Assembly: GCA_963555825.3 (NCBI GenBank)
Contig: CAUVXB020000002.1
Coordinates: 2,944,001-3,008,000 of the forward strand
Length of the DNA: 64,000 bases
Origin: Alphaproteobacteria bacterium
GTDB taxonomy: Bacteria; Pseudomonadota; Alphaproteobacteria; JAAXGF01
Reading direction: 5' to 3'
The first letter of the stretch is position 1; every line of letters starts with the position of its first letter. Positions 39,654-49,879 of this stretch are shown in pieces. Position numbers and translations under genes: made by a program. The notes beneath the pieces were generated by a model. It had not been told where the DNA came from and searched no databases. It saw only the letters and a list, made by a program, of their open reading frames with translations.

Positions 39654-40525
39654 GAATCGCCGACCATTACTCGCACCTAAATGACTTAGAATTTCTTCAG
39701 GTCCACAAACCGTACCTTTGGGAGGAAATTCAGAACGTTATCGATTCTGTAGACGCGGAAGCCTGCAAGACGAAAATTTCGAAGGAGCGAGGGATGGAGG
39801 GCAAGTTGCTGTATGCTCCGATAGAGATGAATAATACCAAGGAGCAGTGATAAAGACTCATAGAGATCGCGTCCGCTTTTCGCCGGGTAGGAAGGGAGCC
39901 GCAGGCGATTCAGCGCATCGGCTAGGCTTCCTGACGCCCTCCGGCGATAAGCGGCCGCGACCCGTAGGGCGGCTTGCCGAGGCCCTCGGACGTCGTTCCG
40001 CCCGCCTTGTGATGCGCTGCATCACCGCGACGGGCGCGCCTAGCCGAGAACCACGGCAAGCCGTCTCTATGGGTCTTTATCACTGCTCCTTGGTATAAAT
40101 CCATGAAGGCGGCCTTCAAGGCACTGGGCTGGACGGAGCGCCGGACGTCGTATTGGGTAACGGGAGACGCGAAACTAATTCGCAAGACGATGCATATGCC
40201 CCAGGACCAACAAAAGAAGGAGATTGAAGCCGCGGGCGTAACGCCAATCTACTCATACAACCAAACCGACTTCGAGAAAGAACGCGTCGCCGTTGAAGTT
40301 CAGTTCGGCAAATACTCTTTCGTGGCGTTCGATCTGTTCGTCAAGCACATGGCGTTCTTCGTCGGGGACATAATCGATGTGGGCGTCGAGATATTGCCGG
40401 CGAAAGAACTCCAAGCGCATATGTCGTCAGGACCATCCTACTACGAGAGAGAGCTATACAATCTCATCCGCGAGGGTCGTGGTGTGCCTGCAGTGCCGCT
40501 TGTATTAGTTGGTGTTGCACAATAG
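39650..40525 (+). pseudogene. BglII/BstYI-family restriction endonuclease split by a MITE
   Basis: GTGA overlap with the MTase; YSHLN...PIEMNK|SMKAAF...NQTDFEKERVAVEVQFGKY joins in frame once the insertion is removed. Confidence 0.88.
39835..40095. mobile_element. MITE (261 bp, non-autonomous)
   Basis: About 32-bp TIRs TACCAAGGAGCAGTGATAAAGACtCATAGAGA with 1 mismatch; TAA duplicated at 39832-34 and 40096-98; no transposase. Confidence 0.9.
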
Positions 40526-40682
40526 TCGCGTCCGTCGGCGCGCGTTCGGTGGGACGTGACGCAACCTATCGCGTTGGATATTTGTGCACCGCATTCCCAA
40601 CCGTGACTGTGGACAGCCGGGGCTGCCGGTTGTAAATGGCGTATCCCGCCGGTCGCCTCGACTGGCGCGAGGGGCAGGAGCG

Positions 40683-43313
40683 ATGCAGACCGCGAACGAC
40701 ATTCGCACGGCGTTTCTGGAGTATTTCCGCCGTCACGGCCATGAGGTCGTGGCGTCGGGCCCGCTGGTGCCCAGCAACGACCCGACGCTGTTGTTCACCA
40801 ACGCCGGCATGGTGCAGTTCAAGAACGTCTTCACCGGCGCCGAGACGCGCGGCTACGACCGCGCGGTGACCTCGCAGAAATGCGTGCGCGCGGGCGGCAA
40901 GCACAACGACCTCGACAACGTCGGCTACACCGCGCGCCACCACACCTTCTTCGAGATGCTCGGCAACTTCTCGTTCGGCGACTACTTCAAGGATATCGCC
41001 ATCGAGCTCGCCTGGGATCTGGTGACACGCGAATTCGGCCTCGACGCGGACCGTCTCTGGATCACCGTCTTCCACGACGACGACGAGGCGCACGCGCTGT
41101 GGCGCAAGATCGCCGGCCTGCCCGAAGAGCGCATCGTGCGCATCGCGACGAGCGACAATTTCTGGGCGATGGGCGATACCGGCCCGTGCGGCCCGTGCTC
41201 GGAGATCTTCTACGACCACGGCGCGGCGGTCGCGGGCGGCCCGCCCGGCAGCCCCGATCAGGACGGCGACCGCTACGTCGAGATCTGGAACCTCGTGTTC
41301 ATGCAATTCGAGCAGGTCACCAAGGCCGAGCGTATCGACCTGCCCAAGCCGTCGATCGACACCGGCATGGGGCTCGAGCGCATTGCCGCGGTGATGCAAG
41401 GCAAGCACGACCTCTACGACGTCGACCTGATGCGCCATATCATCGAAGCGTCGGCCGATGCCGCCGGCGTGCCGGTCGACGGTCCGCACGCCGCGGCGCA
41501 CAAGGTCATCGCCGACCATCTGCGCGCGTCGAGCTTCCTGCTGGCCGACGGCGTCATGCCGTCGAACGAGGGCCGCGGCTATGTGCTGCGGCGCATCATG
41601 CGCCGCGCCATGCGCCACGCCCACATGATGGGCTGCGTCGAGCCGCTGATGTGGCGCCTGGTGCCCGCGTTGACCGCCCAGATGGGCCAGGCGTTCCCCG
41701 AATTGGGCCGCGCCGAGGCGCTGATCAGCGAGACGCTCAAGCTCGAGGAGACGCGCTTCAAGCAGACGCTCGACCGCGGCCTTCGGCTCTTGGGCGAAGC
41801 GACGGCCAAGCTCGGCGACGGCGCGGCGCTGCCCGGCGAGTTCGCCTTCAAGCTCTACGACACGTACGGCTTCCCGCTCGATCTTACCGAGGACGTGCTG
41901 CGCGGCGAAGGTCGGGCGGTCGACCACGCCGGCTTCGATGCCGCGATGGAACGCCAGCGCGCCGCGGCGCGCGCCGCCTGGTCCGGCTCGGGTGACGCGG
42001 CGACCGAACGCGTCTGGTTCGAGATCCGTGACGACGTCGGCGCCGGCGAGTTTCTCGGCTATGCGGTCGACACGGCCGAGGCCAAGGTGCTTGCGTTGGT
42101 CGTCGACGGCGCGCGCGTCGAGCGCGCCGAGACCGGCGCCGAGGTCGCGATCGTCGTCAACCAGACGCCGTTCTATGGCGAGGCCGGCGGCCAGGTCGGC
42201 GACACCGGCGTGCTGAGCGCGGGCCCCGGCGTGCGCGTGACGATTACCGACACCCAGATGAAGGTCGGCGCGCTGCACGTCCATATCGGCACCGTCGCCG
42301 AGGGCGTGCTCGGCGTCGGCGACGTCGTCGATCTGGCGATCGAGGGCGACCGGCGAACGCTGTTGCGCGCCAACCACTCGGCGACCCATCTGATGCACGC
42401 GGCACTGCGCCGCCGGCTCGGCGATCACGTCACCCAGAAGGGCTCGCTGGTGGCGCCCGACCGGCTGCGCTTCGACTTCAGCCACACGCGGCCGCTTGCG
42501 GTCGAGGACCTCGCCGCGATCGAGGCCGAGGTCAACGACCATATCCGCCGCAACGCAACGGTCGAGACGACGATCATGAGCCCCGACGAGGCGGTGGCCG
42601 CCGGCGCCATGGCGCTGTTCGGCGAGAACTATGGCGACGAGGTGCGCGTGCTCGCCATGGGCGCAGACGGCGGTACGGCCTATTCGCTCGAACTCTGCGG
42701 CGGCACGCATGTCGCGCGCACCGGCGAGATCGGCCTGTTCAAGATCATCGGCGAGGGCGCCGTCGCGGCCGGCGTCCGGCGTATCGAGGCGCTGACCGGC
42801 GCGGCGGCCGAAGCTTACCTCAAGGAGCACGGGGAATATCTCCACGCTGCCGCGGCGCGGCTCAAGACGACGCCGGCCGAGCTGCCCGCGCGCATCGAGG
42901 CGTTGATTGAGCAGCGCAAGAAGCTCGAGCGCGAGATCGCCGAGCTGCGCCACCGACTCGCGACCGGTGGCGGCGCTGAGGTTCGCGAGGCGGGCGGCAT
43001 CAAGCTCGCCGCGCGCCGGCTCGACGGCACCCCGCCAAAGGAGCTGCGCGGCCTCGCCGATACGCTCAAGAAGCAGCTCGGCTCGGGCGTCGTCGCGCTG
43101 GTCACCGTTACGGATGGCAAGGCGGCGCTGGTCGTCGGCGTCACCGACGACCTGACCGACCGCCTCAGCGCGGTCGAGCTGGTGCGCGTCGGCGCCGAGG
43201 CGCTCGGCGGCACGGGCGGCGGCGGCCGGCCCGACATGGCGCAGGCCGGCGGCCCCGACGGCGACAAGGCCGACGCCGCGCTCGACGCCATCGAACGCGC
43301 CATCGCGGCGTAG
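40683..43313 (+). CDS. alaS: Alanine--tRNA ligase
   Basis: [54 protein letters not shown]. Confidence 0.99.
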   Translation: MQTANDIRTAFLEYFRRHGHEVVASGPLVPSNDPTLLFTNAGMVQFKNVFTGAETRGYDRAVTSQKCVRAGGKHNDLDNVGYTARHHTFFEMLGNFSFGDYFKDIAIELAWDLVTREFGLDADRLWITVFHDDDEAHALWRKIAGLPEERIVRIATSDNFWAMGDTGPCGPCSEIFYDHGAAVAGGPPGSPDQDGDRYVEIWNLVFMQFEQVTKAERIDLPKPSIDTGMGLERIAAVMQGKHDLYDVDLMRHIIEASADAAGVPVDGPHAAAHKVIADHLRASSFLLADGVMPSNEGRGYVLRRIMRRAMRHAHMMGCVEPLMWRLVPALTAQMGQAFPELGRAEALISETLKLEETRFKQTLDRGLRLLGEATAKLGDGAALPGEFAFKLYDTYGFPLDLTEDVLRGEGRAVDHAGFDAAMERQRAAARAAWSGSGDAATERVWFEIRDDVGAGEFLGYAVDTAEAKVLALVVDGARVERAETGAEVAIVVNQTPFYGEAGGQVGDTGVLSAGPGVRVTITDTQMKVGALHVHIGTVAEGVLGVGDVVDLAIEGDRRTLLRANHSATHLMHAALRRRLGDHVTQKGSLVAPDRLRFDFSHTRPLAVEDLAAIEAEVNDHIRRNATVETTIMSPDEAVAAGAMALFGENYGDEVRVLAMGADGGTAYSLELCGGTHVARTGEIGLFKIIGEGAVAAGVRRIEALTGAAAEAYLKEHGEYLHAAAARLKTTPAELPARIEALIEQRKKLEREIAELRHRLATGGGAEVREAGGIKLAARRLDGTPPKELRGLADTLKKQLGSGVVALVTVTDGKAALVVGVTDDLTDRLSAVELVRVGAEALGGTGGGGRPDMAQAGGPDGDKADAALDAIERAIAA

Positions 43314-43333
43314 ATTCTCAGCTGATAAAGAAA

Positions 43334-43358
43334 TCCCCCTCCCGCGCGGGGAGGGGGA
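43334..43358. terminator. Hairpin between convergent alaS and the NPC-repeat gene
   Basis: TCCCCCTCCC-loop-GGGAGGGGGA with TTTCTTT on the minus strand. Confidence 0.7.
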
Positions 43359-43396
43359 CCGAAGGCTAGACGGACGCGGTTCGCCCGCGCGCGACC

Positions 43397-43669
43397 CTAA
43401 CGGCCGCCGTTGATGCCGAAGCCCGGGAAGCCGCGCAGCCCGAAGTGGGTCTGCGTCGCGCCGTAGGCGTCGCCCTTCGACCAGGCGGCCGAGGGGTTGC
43501 ACGGGTTGCAGGGATTGCACGGGTTGGCCGCCGCGCATGGGTTGGCCGCGGCGCAGGGATTGCCGGCGTCGGCGACCGTCTTGGGCGCACATTGGGCGAC
43601 CGCGTTGGCCACCATAGCGGTGCTCGCCATCGTCGCGATGGCGGCGGCGGCAAGGGCTTTCTTGATCAT
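43397..43669 (-). CDS. Small secreted Cys-rich Asn-Pro-Cys repeat protein
   Basis: RBS GAGGAG; signal peptide; NPCAAANPCAAANPCNPCNPCNP; terminator downstream. Confidence 0.8.
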   Translation of the reverse strand: MIKKALAAAAIATMASTAMVANAVAQCAPKTVADAGNPCAAANPCAAANPCNPCNPCNPSAAWSKGDAYGATQTHFGLRGFPGFGINGGR

Positions 43670-43826
43670 CGTTGGGACTCCTCGTTGGGGGACGCCCCGG
43701 AGTGCGGCGCCCGTCTGACCAACCAAATGTGCCGTGCCAGCGCCCGCGCCAATCAAGCCGGCTCAAAGCTTCGTGATCCGCCGAGAGGTCGCCGGGGATG
43801 GCTCGCCGCGCGGCGGCCGAGGGTGA

Positions 43827-43965
43827 TAGAGCATATATAGATCGACTGGGATCGATCTATATATGCCAGCCCGCGACCGCGGGCCGCCGACCGTTCGGCG
43901 GAAGCATGCGCGGCGATTGAGCGCAGGTCATCTTTACGCGTAAAGATGACCGCAAAATGCTTTAG
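43827..43965. repeat. Modular palindromic repeat, copy 3 (best-preserved ends)
   Basis: TAGAGCAT...ATGCTTTAG termini, two terminal hairpins, conserved cores. Confidence 0.88.
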
Positions 43966-43999
43966 CATGTCGGGGCCACCAACCGGGAGCACGACGCCG

Positions 44000-44773
44000 A
44001 TGCAGATTGCCGAGCAATGGTTTCATCGCAAGCGGGTCGACGACGACATCACGCTGATCTACGAACCGCACGTCCACCCGCTGATCCGCTGCAACGTCTG
44101 GCATGTGCGCGGCCGCGACCGCGACCTGCTGGTCGACACCGCGCTCGGCCTGGCGAGCCTCAAGGAGGCGGCGCGCGATCTGATCGACAAGCCGCTGCTG
44201 GCCTGCGCGACCCACTACCATTTCGATCACACCGGCGGCATGCACGAGTTCGAAGAGCGCTTGGTCCACGCCGCCGAGGCGCAGCACCTCGCCGACGCCT
44301 ACGGCGGCATGAAGCTGCGCACGTCGGATTTCGGCGAGAAAAGCAAGAAGGCGCTCGAGGATGCCGGCTACGTGCTCGATACCGAGGAGCTGCTCGACGC
44401 CTACCCGCGCGCGGGCTTCGATCCTGGCGCACACACGCTCGAACCGGCGCCGCCGACCCGTGTGCTCGAGGAAGGCGACTCCGTCGATCTTGGCGACCGC
44501 GCCTTCGAGGTGATCCACATCCCGGGCCATTCGCCGGGCTCGATCGGGCTGTGGGAGGAAGCGACCGGAATCCTGTTCTCGGGAGACGCGATCTACGACG
44601 GCCCGCTGCTGGACAACCTCGAGGACTCGAGCATCGACGACTACATCGTCACCATGGAACGCCTGCGCGAACTGCCGGTCAGCGTCGTCCACGGCGGCCA
44701 CGACCCATCATTCGGGCGCGACCGCCTGATCGAGATCTGCGATCAATACCTCGCCAAATGGGCCGCGGCGTAG
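44000..44773 (+). CDS. MBL-fold metallo-hydrolase
   Basis: THYHFDHTGG, PGHSPGS, FSGD, GGHD. Confidence 0.92.
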   Translation: MQIAEQWFHRKRVDDDITLIYEPHVHPLIRCNVWHVRGRDRDLLVDTALGLASLKEAARDLIDKPLLACATHYHFDHTGGMHEFEERLVHAAEAQHLADAYGGMKLRTSDFGEKSKKALEDAGYVLDTEELLDAYPRAGFDPGAHTLEPAPPTRVLEEGDSVDLGDRAFEVIHIPGHSPGSIGLWEEATGILFSGDAIYDGPLLDNLEDSSIDDYIVTMERLRELPVSVVHGGHDPSFGRDRLIEICDQYLAKWAAA

Positions 44774-44794
44774 GGGCGGGTTTCAAACCCGCCC
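44770..44794 (+). repeat. GTAG-type REP element
   Basis: GTAG-GGGCGGGTTT-C-AAACCCGCCC overlapping the MBL stop codon. Confidence 0.65.
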
Positions 44795-44831
44795 GGACGA
44801 CCGATGAACGGTGGCCCGTGGCCCGCCGGTC

Positions 44832-46046
44832 TCACGCCATCGCCGCCTGCAATCCTTCGTCGAGCTTGTCGAGGAATTGGGTGGTGGTGAGCCAGGGCTG
44901 GTCGGGGCCGATCAAGAGCGCCAGGTCCTTGGTCATGTGGCCGGCCTCGACGGTCGCGACGCAGACCCGCTCCAGCGTCGTCGCGAAAGCCGCCAGCTCG
45001 GGCGTGTCGTCGAGCTTGGCGCGGTGCTCGAGCGCGCGCGTCCAGGCGAAGATCGAGGCGATCGGGTTGGTCGAGGTCGCGTTGCCCTTCTGGTGCTCGC
45101 GGTAGTGCCGCGTCACCGTGCCGTGCGCCGCCTCGGCCTCGACGGTGCGGCCGTCGGGCGTCATCAGCACCGAGGTCATCAGGCCGAGCGAGCCGAAGCC
45201 CTGGGCGACGGTGTCGGACTGCACGTCGCCGTCGTAGTTCTTGCACGCCCAGACGAACTTGCCCGACCACTTGAGCGCGGAGGCGACCATGTCGTCGATC
45301 AGCCGGTGCTCGTAGGTAATGCCGGCGGCGGCGAACCGATCGGCGAACTCGGCGTCGAAGACCTCCTGGAAGAGGTCCTTGAAGCGCCCGTCGTAGACCT
45401 TCAGGATGGTGTTCTTGGTCGACAGATAGACCGGCCAGCCGCGCGTCAGGCCGAAGTTGAGGCAGGCGCGCGCGAAGCCGCGGATCGAGTCGTCGAGGTT
45501 GTACATGCCGAGCGCGACGCCGGCGCCCGGGAACTCGAAGATCTCGCGCTCGAACGGCGCGCCGCCGTCGGCCGGCTCGAAGCGCACGGTGAGTTTGCCC
45601 GGCCCGGGGATCAGCATGTCGGTGGCGCGGTACTGGTCGCCGAAGGCGTGGCGGCCGATGACGATCGGGTCGGTCCAGCCGGGCACCAGGCGCGGCACGT
45701 TGCGGCAGATGATCGGCTCGCGGAACACCGTGCCACCCAGGATGTTGCGGATCGTGCCGTTCGGCGAGCGCCACATCTGCTTGAGGCCGAACTCCTCGAC
45801 GCGCGCCTCGTCGGGCGTGATGGTCGCGCATTTGACGCCGACGCCGTGTTCCGCGATGGCGTTGGCCGCGTCGACCGTGATCTGGTCGTCGGTCGCGTCG
45901 CGCGCCTGGATGCCAAGGTCGAAATAGGCCAGCTCGAGGTCGAGATAGGGCAGGATCAGCTGGTCCTTGATGAACGCCCAGATGATTCGCGTCATCTCGT
46001 CGCCGTCGAGCTCGACGACCGGGTTTGCGACCTTGATCTTGGCCAT
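44832..46046 (-). CDS. icd: NADP-dependent isocitrate dehydrogenase
   Basis: [46 protein letters not shown]. Confidence 0.98.
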   Translation of the reverse strand: MAKIKVANPVVELDGDEMTRIIWAFIKDQLILPYLDLELAYFDLGIQARDATDDQITVDAANAIAEHGVGVKCATITPDEARVEEFGLKQMWRSPNGTIRNILGGTVFREPIICRNVPRLVPGWTDPIVIGRHAFGDQYRATDMLIPGPGKLTVRFEPADGGAPFEREIFEFPGAGVALGMYNLDDSIRGFARACLNFGLTRGWPVYLSTKNTILKVYDGRFKDLFQEVFDAEFADRFAAAGITYEHRLIDDMVASALKWSGKFVWACKNYDGDVQSDTVAQGFGSLGLMTSVLMTPDGRTVEAEAAHGTVTRHYREHQKGNATSTNPIASIFAWTRALEHRAKLDDTPELAAFATTLERVCVATVEAGHMTKDLALLIGPDQPWLTTTQFLDKLDEGLQAAMA

Positions 46047-46148
46047 GTCACGACTCCTCGAATAATCGGCGCCGGTTCTGTTCCGGCTGGCGAGGCGGGC
46101 AAGATATCACCGCCGCCCGCGCCTGCCTAGCGAACCGCGTTGGCGGCG

Positions 46149-46733
46149 TCAAAGAAGACTTTCGTGGGTCGTCACGGTGGCTTCGGGGGCGCGTGCCACG
46201 GCGTCGAAGATGCCCTCAACCGTCGCGACCACAGTGAACAGCCCGCGCGTCGCGGGTGGCGCGAAGCCAGCGACGATTGCGTGGTCGATCAGCGCCACGA
46301 GCGGCGCCCAATAGCCGGCGTTGTCGACCAGCACGATCGGCTTGTCGTGCAGCGCGAGCTGGCGCCAGGTGATGACCTCGAGGGCCTCGTCGAGCGTGCC
46401 CATGCCGCCGGGCAGCACGGCGAAGGCGTCGGCGAGCTCGAACATCTTGCGCTTGCGCGCGTGCATGCTGTCGACGACGATCAGCTCGGTGATCGCGCCG
46501 TGGCCGACCTCGCGATCTTGTAGATGGCGGGGGATGACGCCTGTTACACTGCCGCTGGCGGCGAGCGCCGCGTCGGCCATGATGCCCATCAGGCCGATGC
46601 CGCCGCCGCCGTAGACGAGGCGCACGCCGCGCTCGGCGGCGAGCCGGCCGAGCCGGGCGGCGGCGTCGCGGTGGCACTCGTCGACGGTACTCGACGAGCC
46701 GCAATAGACACAAAGCGAGTTCAGCGTGGCCAA
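46149..46733 (-). CDS. LOG family nucleotide phosphoribohydrolase
   Basis: CVYCGS, LVYGGG..GLMG, MHARK, PGGMGTLDE; TTG start with GGAGGAG RBS. Confidence 0.9.
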   Translation of the reverse strand: MATLNSLCVYCGSSSTVDECHRDAAARLGRLAAERGVRLVYGGGGIGLMGIMADAALAASGSVTGVIPRHLQDREVGHGAITELIVVDSMHARKRKMFELADAFAVLPGGMGTLDEALEVITWRQLALHDKPIVLVDNAGYWAPLVALIDHAIVAGFAPPATRGLFTVVATVEGIFDAVARAPEATVTTHESLL

Positions 46734-47109
46734 GAAACTCCTCCCCTCAAGCGTGCTCGTACTATCTTTGCTGGCGGCGCCGTTGTACAGCGCGGGCCAC
46801 GCCGGCGAGGCCGACGTCGTCGATGTCCGCGCGACCGAGACCGGCGCCGGCGTCTGGCGCTTCGACGTCACCGTCAGCCACGCCGACGCGGGCTGGCATC
46901 ACTACGCCGACCGCTGGGACGTCGTCGGCGCGGGCGGCGCGGTGCTCGGCAGCCGGGTGCTGCTTCACCCGCACGTCAACGAACAGCCCTTCACGCGCAG
47001 CCTCTCGGGCGTCGCGATCCCGGCCGGCACCGACCGGGTCCGCCTGCGCGCACACGACAGCGTGCACGACTTCGGTGGCGCCGAGATGACCGTCGAGCTG
47101 TCGCAATAA
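46726..47109 (+). CDS. Secreted His-rich hypothetical protein
   Basis: Signal peptide; FDVTVSHADAGWHHYADRW, LLHPHVNEQPFTRS, AHDSVH. Confidence 0.75.
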   Translation: MAKKLLPSSVLVLSLLAAPLYSAGHAGEADVVDVRATETGAGVWRFDVTVSHADAGWHHYADRWDVVGAGGAVLGSRVLLHPHVNEQPFTRSLSGVAIPAGTDRVRLRAHDSVHDFGGAEMTVELSQ

Positions 47110-47113
47110 GGAC

Positions 47114-48043
47114 TCAGTCATAGGGCGAATCGCTCGCGGGCTTTTCCGGTTCGACGCGGTTGTCGATCGGCGGCAGGCTCAGCACATACTCGGCGATCGC
47201 CAGGCGGTCGGCGTCGCTCAGGTGACGGTAGCCCGCCTCGATCGCCTCGGCCATGACGCCCTGGACGTCGTCGAAGTCGGGCTTGAGACCGGTCTTCAAC
47301 AGCTTCGCGATGTCGCCGGCGCTCCAGCGGCCGATGCCGGTCGTGGCGTGCGGCGTGATGTTGGGCGCCGGCTCGCCCTCGGGCCCGTCCTTGGCGCCGG
47401 CGTAACGCAGCGCCTCGTCGAGGCCGCCGAGCGCGCCGCGCGGCGTGTGGCACTCGCCGCAATGGGCCAGCGCATTGGCCAGATAGGCGCCGCGGTTCCA
47501 GGTCTCGGATTTGGCGGCGTCGGGGCGCCAACGCCCCGGCTCGAAATAGAGCCACTTCCACGGCCCGACGGTGGCGCGCCAGCCATAGGGCGCCGCCACG
47601 TCGTGCTCGCGGTTGACCTGGCGCACCGCCGGCACCGCGTCGAGATAGGCCTTGAGGTCGCGCAGGTCGGCGTCGCTCGCCTTGGTGAAGCTGGTGTAGG
47701 GAAACACCGGGAAGTAGTGCGCGCCGTCGGGTGCGATGCCCTGGCGCATCGCGCGCAGGAAATCGTCCTCGCTCCAGCCGCCGATGCCGGTCGCGGCGTC
47801 GGGCGTGATGTTCGGGCTGTAGAAGATGCCGAAGGGCGTCTTGAGCGGCCGGCCGCCGGCGAGGTACGCGCCCTCGCGCACGACGCCCTCGCGCACGATA
47901 TTAGTGTGGCACGAGCAGCCGCCCGCGGCACGGAAGACGTATGCGCCGCGCGCCGCCGCGTCGGTTTGCTGGGCGCGCGCGCCACCCGCCGCCGCCGTCA
48001 CGCTCAAGACCAGAGCGACGAGGGCGGTGCGCGCGACGTGCAA
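47114..48043 (-). CDS. Diheme cytochrome c (start uncertain)
   Basis: GGCSCH, LAGG..LKTPFG..YSPNITPD, HCGECHTPR. Confidence 0.88.
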   Translation of the reverse strand: MHVARTALVALVLSVTAAAGGARAQQTDAAARGAYVFRAAGGCSCHTNIVREGVVREGAYLAGGRPLKTPFGIFYSPNITPDAATGIGGWSEDDFLRAMRQGIAPDGAHYFPVFPYTSFTKASDADLRDLKAYLDAVPAVRQVNREHDVAAPYGWRATVGPWKWLYFEPGRWRPDAAKSETWNRGAYLANALAHCGECHTPRGALGGLDEALRYAGAKDGPEGEPAPNITPHATTGIGRWSAGDIAKLLKTGLKPDFDDVQGVMAEAIEAGYRHLSDADRLAIAEYVLSLPPIDNRVEPEKPASDSPYD

Positions 48044-48068
48044 CTCCGGGCGCCTGCGCGCCCCGGCG

Positions 48069-48557
48069 CTACTGCTTCTTCTTGCGGAACGGTTTATGGC
48101 ACCCGCCACAGCTCTCGCCGACCTTGTTCAACTGTGCGCCGACGGCGGCCATGTCGCCCGTCTCGGCAACCCGCGCCAGCTCCAAGGCCGCGGTCTGGAA
48201 CGCCTTGATAGCCGCCTCGAACTTGGCCCAGTTCTGCCAGATTTCCGGCTTGGCGCGGGTCTCGCCGACGCCCGAGCCCGCCGGGAAGATGTCGTCGATC
48301 ATCAGGCTGGCATCGTGCATCGCGCGGGCATGCGCGGCGACATGACCGGTGTACGACACCTCGCCCGAAAGCACCGCCGCGATGCCGCCGATATGGGCAC
48401 TGATCCCGGACATTACCTTCTGGCGATACTTGATGACGTTGGCGGGTTCGTCGGCCGCCCCGACCGTCGTCACGGTCGTGAACGCGATCATTGCGGCGAG
48501 CGCCCCGAAGACCGCCGCGCCCAGCAGTTTTTTGCAAATTCGCAAGTTACCCTCCAC
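48069..48557 (-). CDS. Class II cytochrome c (c'/c556)
   Basis: Signal peptide, RQKVM, AKPEIW, C-terminal CGGCH. Confidence 0.9.
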   Translation of the reverse strand: MEGNLRICKKLLGAAVFGALAAMIAFTTVTTVGAADEPANVIKYRQKVMSGISAHIGGIAAVLSGEVSYTGHVAAHARAMHDASLMIDDIFPAGSGVGETRAKPEIWQNWAKFEAAIKAFQTAALELARVAETGDMAAVGAQLNKVGESCGGCHKPFRKKKQ

Positions 48558-48709
48558 GCAGTAAATCTAATCCCCACAGCGCCGCGATTGTTTCCGAGCC
48601 CGGGCTGGGCGTCAACCGCGTAGAAAATCACGATTTCGGCATCGTTTCACGGGTTTGTGGGGTGCGCGGCCCCGGGTTCGATGCTATATGATGAGCCATA
48701 GAAAGGCGC

Positions 48710-49879
48710 ATGACCGACCAAGCTGCACCGAGCTCCCGTCGAACGATCATCGCCGTCATGATTGTGGCGGCGCTGGCTATCGTCGCGATCTTCTTATGGG
48801 ACCGTCTCGGCGCCCCGGACGACGCCGCGCCAATGGTCGCCTCGGGTGACACGGCAACGTCGGCGACCGGCACGCCTTCGACCACTGAAACCACCGCGAC
48901 GACCGAAACCGACGCGACGACCGAAACCGACGCGATGGCGCCGGCGAGCGCGCCGGCCGAGACCACCATCCCGTCGTTCGACGTCGTGCACATCAGCCGC
49001 GAGGGCGCCGCGGTTATCGCCGGTCGCGCGACGCCGGGCGCCGAGGTCACGGTGCGCGACGGCGACGCGGTGATCGGTACGGTGACGGCGGACGCCCGCG
49101 GCGAATGGGTGATGGTGCCCGAAACGGCGATCGCGCCGGGCACCCGCGAGCTCGTGCTGAGCCAACAGACGGCGGACGGCGAAACGACCCTGGCGGACGC
49201 CGTCGTCGTGCTCGACGTGCCCGAGGTCGTGGCGAGCGCCCAATTGCCGGTCGCGACCCAATTGCCGGCTTCGACCCAATTGCCGGCCTCCACCCAGTTG
49301 CCGGTCTCGACCCAATTGCCGACTGCGACCGATGCGCCCTTTGGCACGCTCGCCGTTCTGGTACCGCTTGACGGCGGTGTAAGCCGTATCCTGCAGGCGC
49401 CCGGGACGGGCGGCGGCGGCATCGAGGTGACGGGGGGTCTATCGCTCGACACCGTCGATTATGATCAGACCGGCAATTTCGCCATCGCCGGGCGCGGCAT
49501 AAAGGGCGGCGAGGTCTTGATTTACATGGACAACCGGCTGATCGGCCGCTCCGCCGTCAGCGCCGAAAGCAGCTGGCGCGTCGCGCCCGACGGCACCGTG
49601 CTGCCAGGCCTGCATAAGCTGCGCGTCGATCAGGTCGACGAGAGCGGCAAGATCGTCGCGCGCATCGAGACGCCGTTCTCGCGCGCCGAGGCCGAGCCGC
49701 TCGAGGCTGGCGCCGTCTGGGTCGTGGTGCAGCCCGGCAACAGCCTGTGGCGCATCGCCCGGCGCATCTACGGCGGCGGCATGCGCTACGTCGTCATCTA
49801 CGAGGCGAACCGTGACCAGATCCGCGACGCCGACCTGATCTACCCCGGTCAGATTTTCGTCACGCCTGTCGAATACTAG
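48710..49879 (+). CDS. Membrane-anchored Ig-like/LysM peptidoglycan-binding protein
   Basis: N-terminal TM, PSFDVV...AVIAGRA, C-terminal VQPGNSLWRIA...IYEANRDQIRDADLIYPGQ. Confidence 0.9.
   Translation: MTDQAAPSSRRTIIAVMIVAALAIVAIFLWDRLGAPDDAAPMVASGDTATSATGTPSTTETTATTETDATTETDAMAPASAPAETTIPSFDVVHISREGAAVIAGRATPGAEVTVRDGDAVIGTVTADARGEWVMVPETAIAPGTRELVLSQQTADGETTLADAVVVLDVPEVVASAQLPVATQLPASTQLPASTQLPVSTQLPTATDAPFGTLAVLVPLDGGVSRILQAPGTGGGGIEVTGGLSLDTVDYDQTGNFAIAGRGIKGGEVLIYMDNRLIGRSAVSAESSWRVAPDGTVLPGLHKLRVDQVDESGKIVARIETPFSRAEAEPLEAGAVWVVVQPGNSLWRIARRIYGGGMRYVVIYEANRDQIRDADLIYPGQIFVTPVEY
49241..49330 (+). repeat. Coding tandem repeat, 5 x 18 bp (QLPxxT)
   Basis: CAATTGCCGGTCGCGACC-like units; a second 3 x 18 bp array (TTETDA) at 48881-48934. 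Confidence 0.9.
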
